Source of the DNA: Diadema antillarum
Taxonomy: Eukaryota
Assembly (NCBI RefSeq): GCF_040938485.1
Contig: NW_027272231.1
Span: 434,001-498,000, forward strand
DNA: 64,000 nucleotides
Direction: 5' to 3'
Shown here: one piece after another, positions 63,752 through 64,000 of the stretch
Numbering within the stretch: position 1 is the first letter of the stretch
Layout of the letters: every line of letters starts with the position of its first letter
Position numbers and translations under genes: made by a program
The notes under the pieces: model-generated
What the model was told of the DNA's origin: nothing
The model's database searches: none
Seen by the model: the letters and a program-made list of their open reading frames with translations, nothing else

Positions 63752-64000
63752 CTAGAATAGATGAAAGAGGGGGGAAAAGGGCTAGGTTTTTATGTTATAG
63801 ATTGAGTTAAAAAGAGTTTATTTCATATGTGAATGGGAAGATTTGTTGGTCATCTTGTGCCACCACATCTTACAATGTCATGATGTAAGGCCATTTACGA
63901 CGTCATGATGCATAGCTGCCGTAACGATGACTCAAAGGTATGTAGATTTCGTGATAAGCACAATCAACCTTATCCTGCCAGAACTCATTCAGATACCCTC

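Overview
Eukaryotic (animal) genomic DNA: AT-rich, GT-AG introns, TTAGGG repeats and two N-gaps. The repeat content suggests a marine invertebrate deuterostome such as a sea urchin (inference). Three protein-coding genes are well supported. (1) An ANKAR-like ankyrin+armadillo gene on +, with 8 exons at 34173-45268, an unresolved 5' end, a 23-nt micro-exon and a 1-nt frameshift in exon 5 as assembled. (2) A mitochondrial pyruvate dehydrogenase phosphatase (PDP1/2-like, PPM family) on -, with its CDS in one exon at 53996-55624. (3) The last two exons of PIGO on -. The first ~34 kb has no recognisable CDS. It does contain promoter-like patches (ETS-CRE at 9.9 kb, RFX X-box at 26.8 kb) and many non-autonomous DNA transposons: Kolobok/T2-like TTAA MITEs, Tc1/pogo-like TA MITEs, Harbinger-, hAT- and Sola2-like elements, two Helentron-type HINEs and a tRNA-derived SINE. 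The most unusual observations are: two copies of a MITE carrying telomere repeats, each with its own 9-bp target duplication, just upstream of PDP; a satellite-bearing HINE inserted in the polypyrimidine tract of the terminal PIGO exon; nuclear-receptor DR1 arrays in both HINEs; and strong excess of TACATGTA/TAGGCCTA palindromes that resemble transposon excision footprints. No clearly novel protein system was identified.
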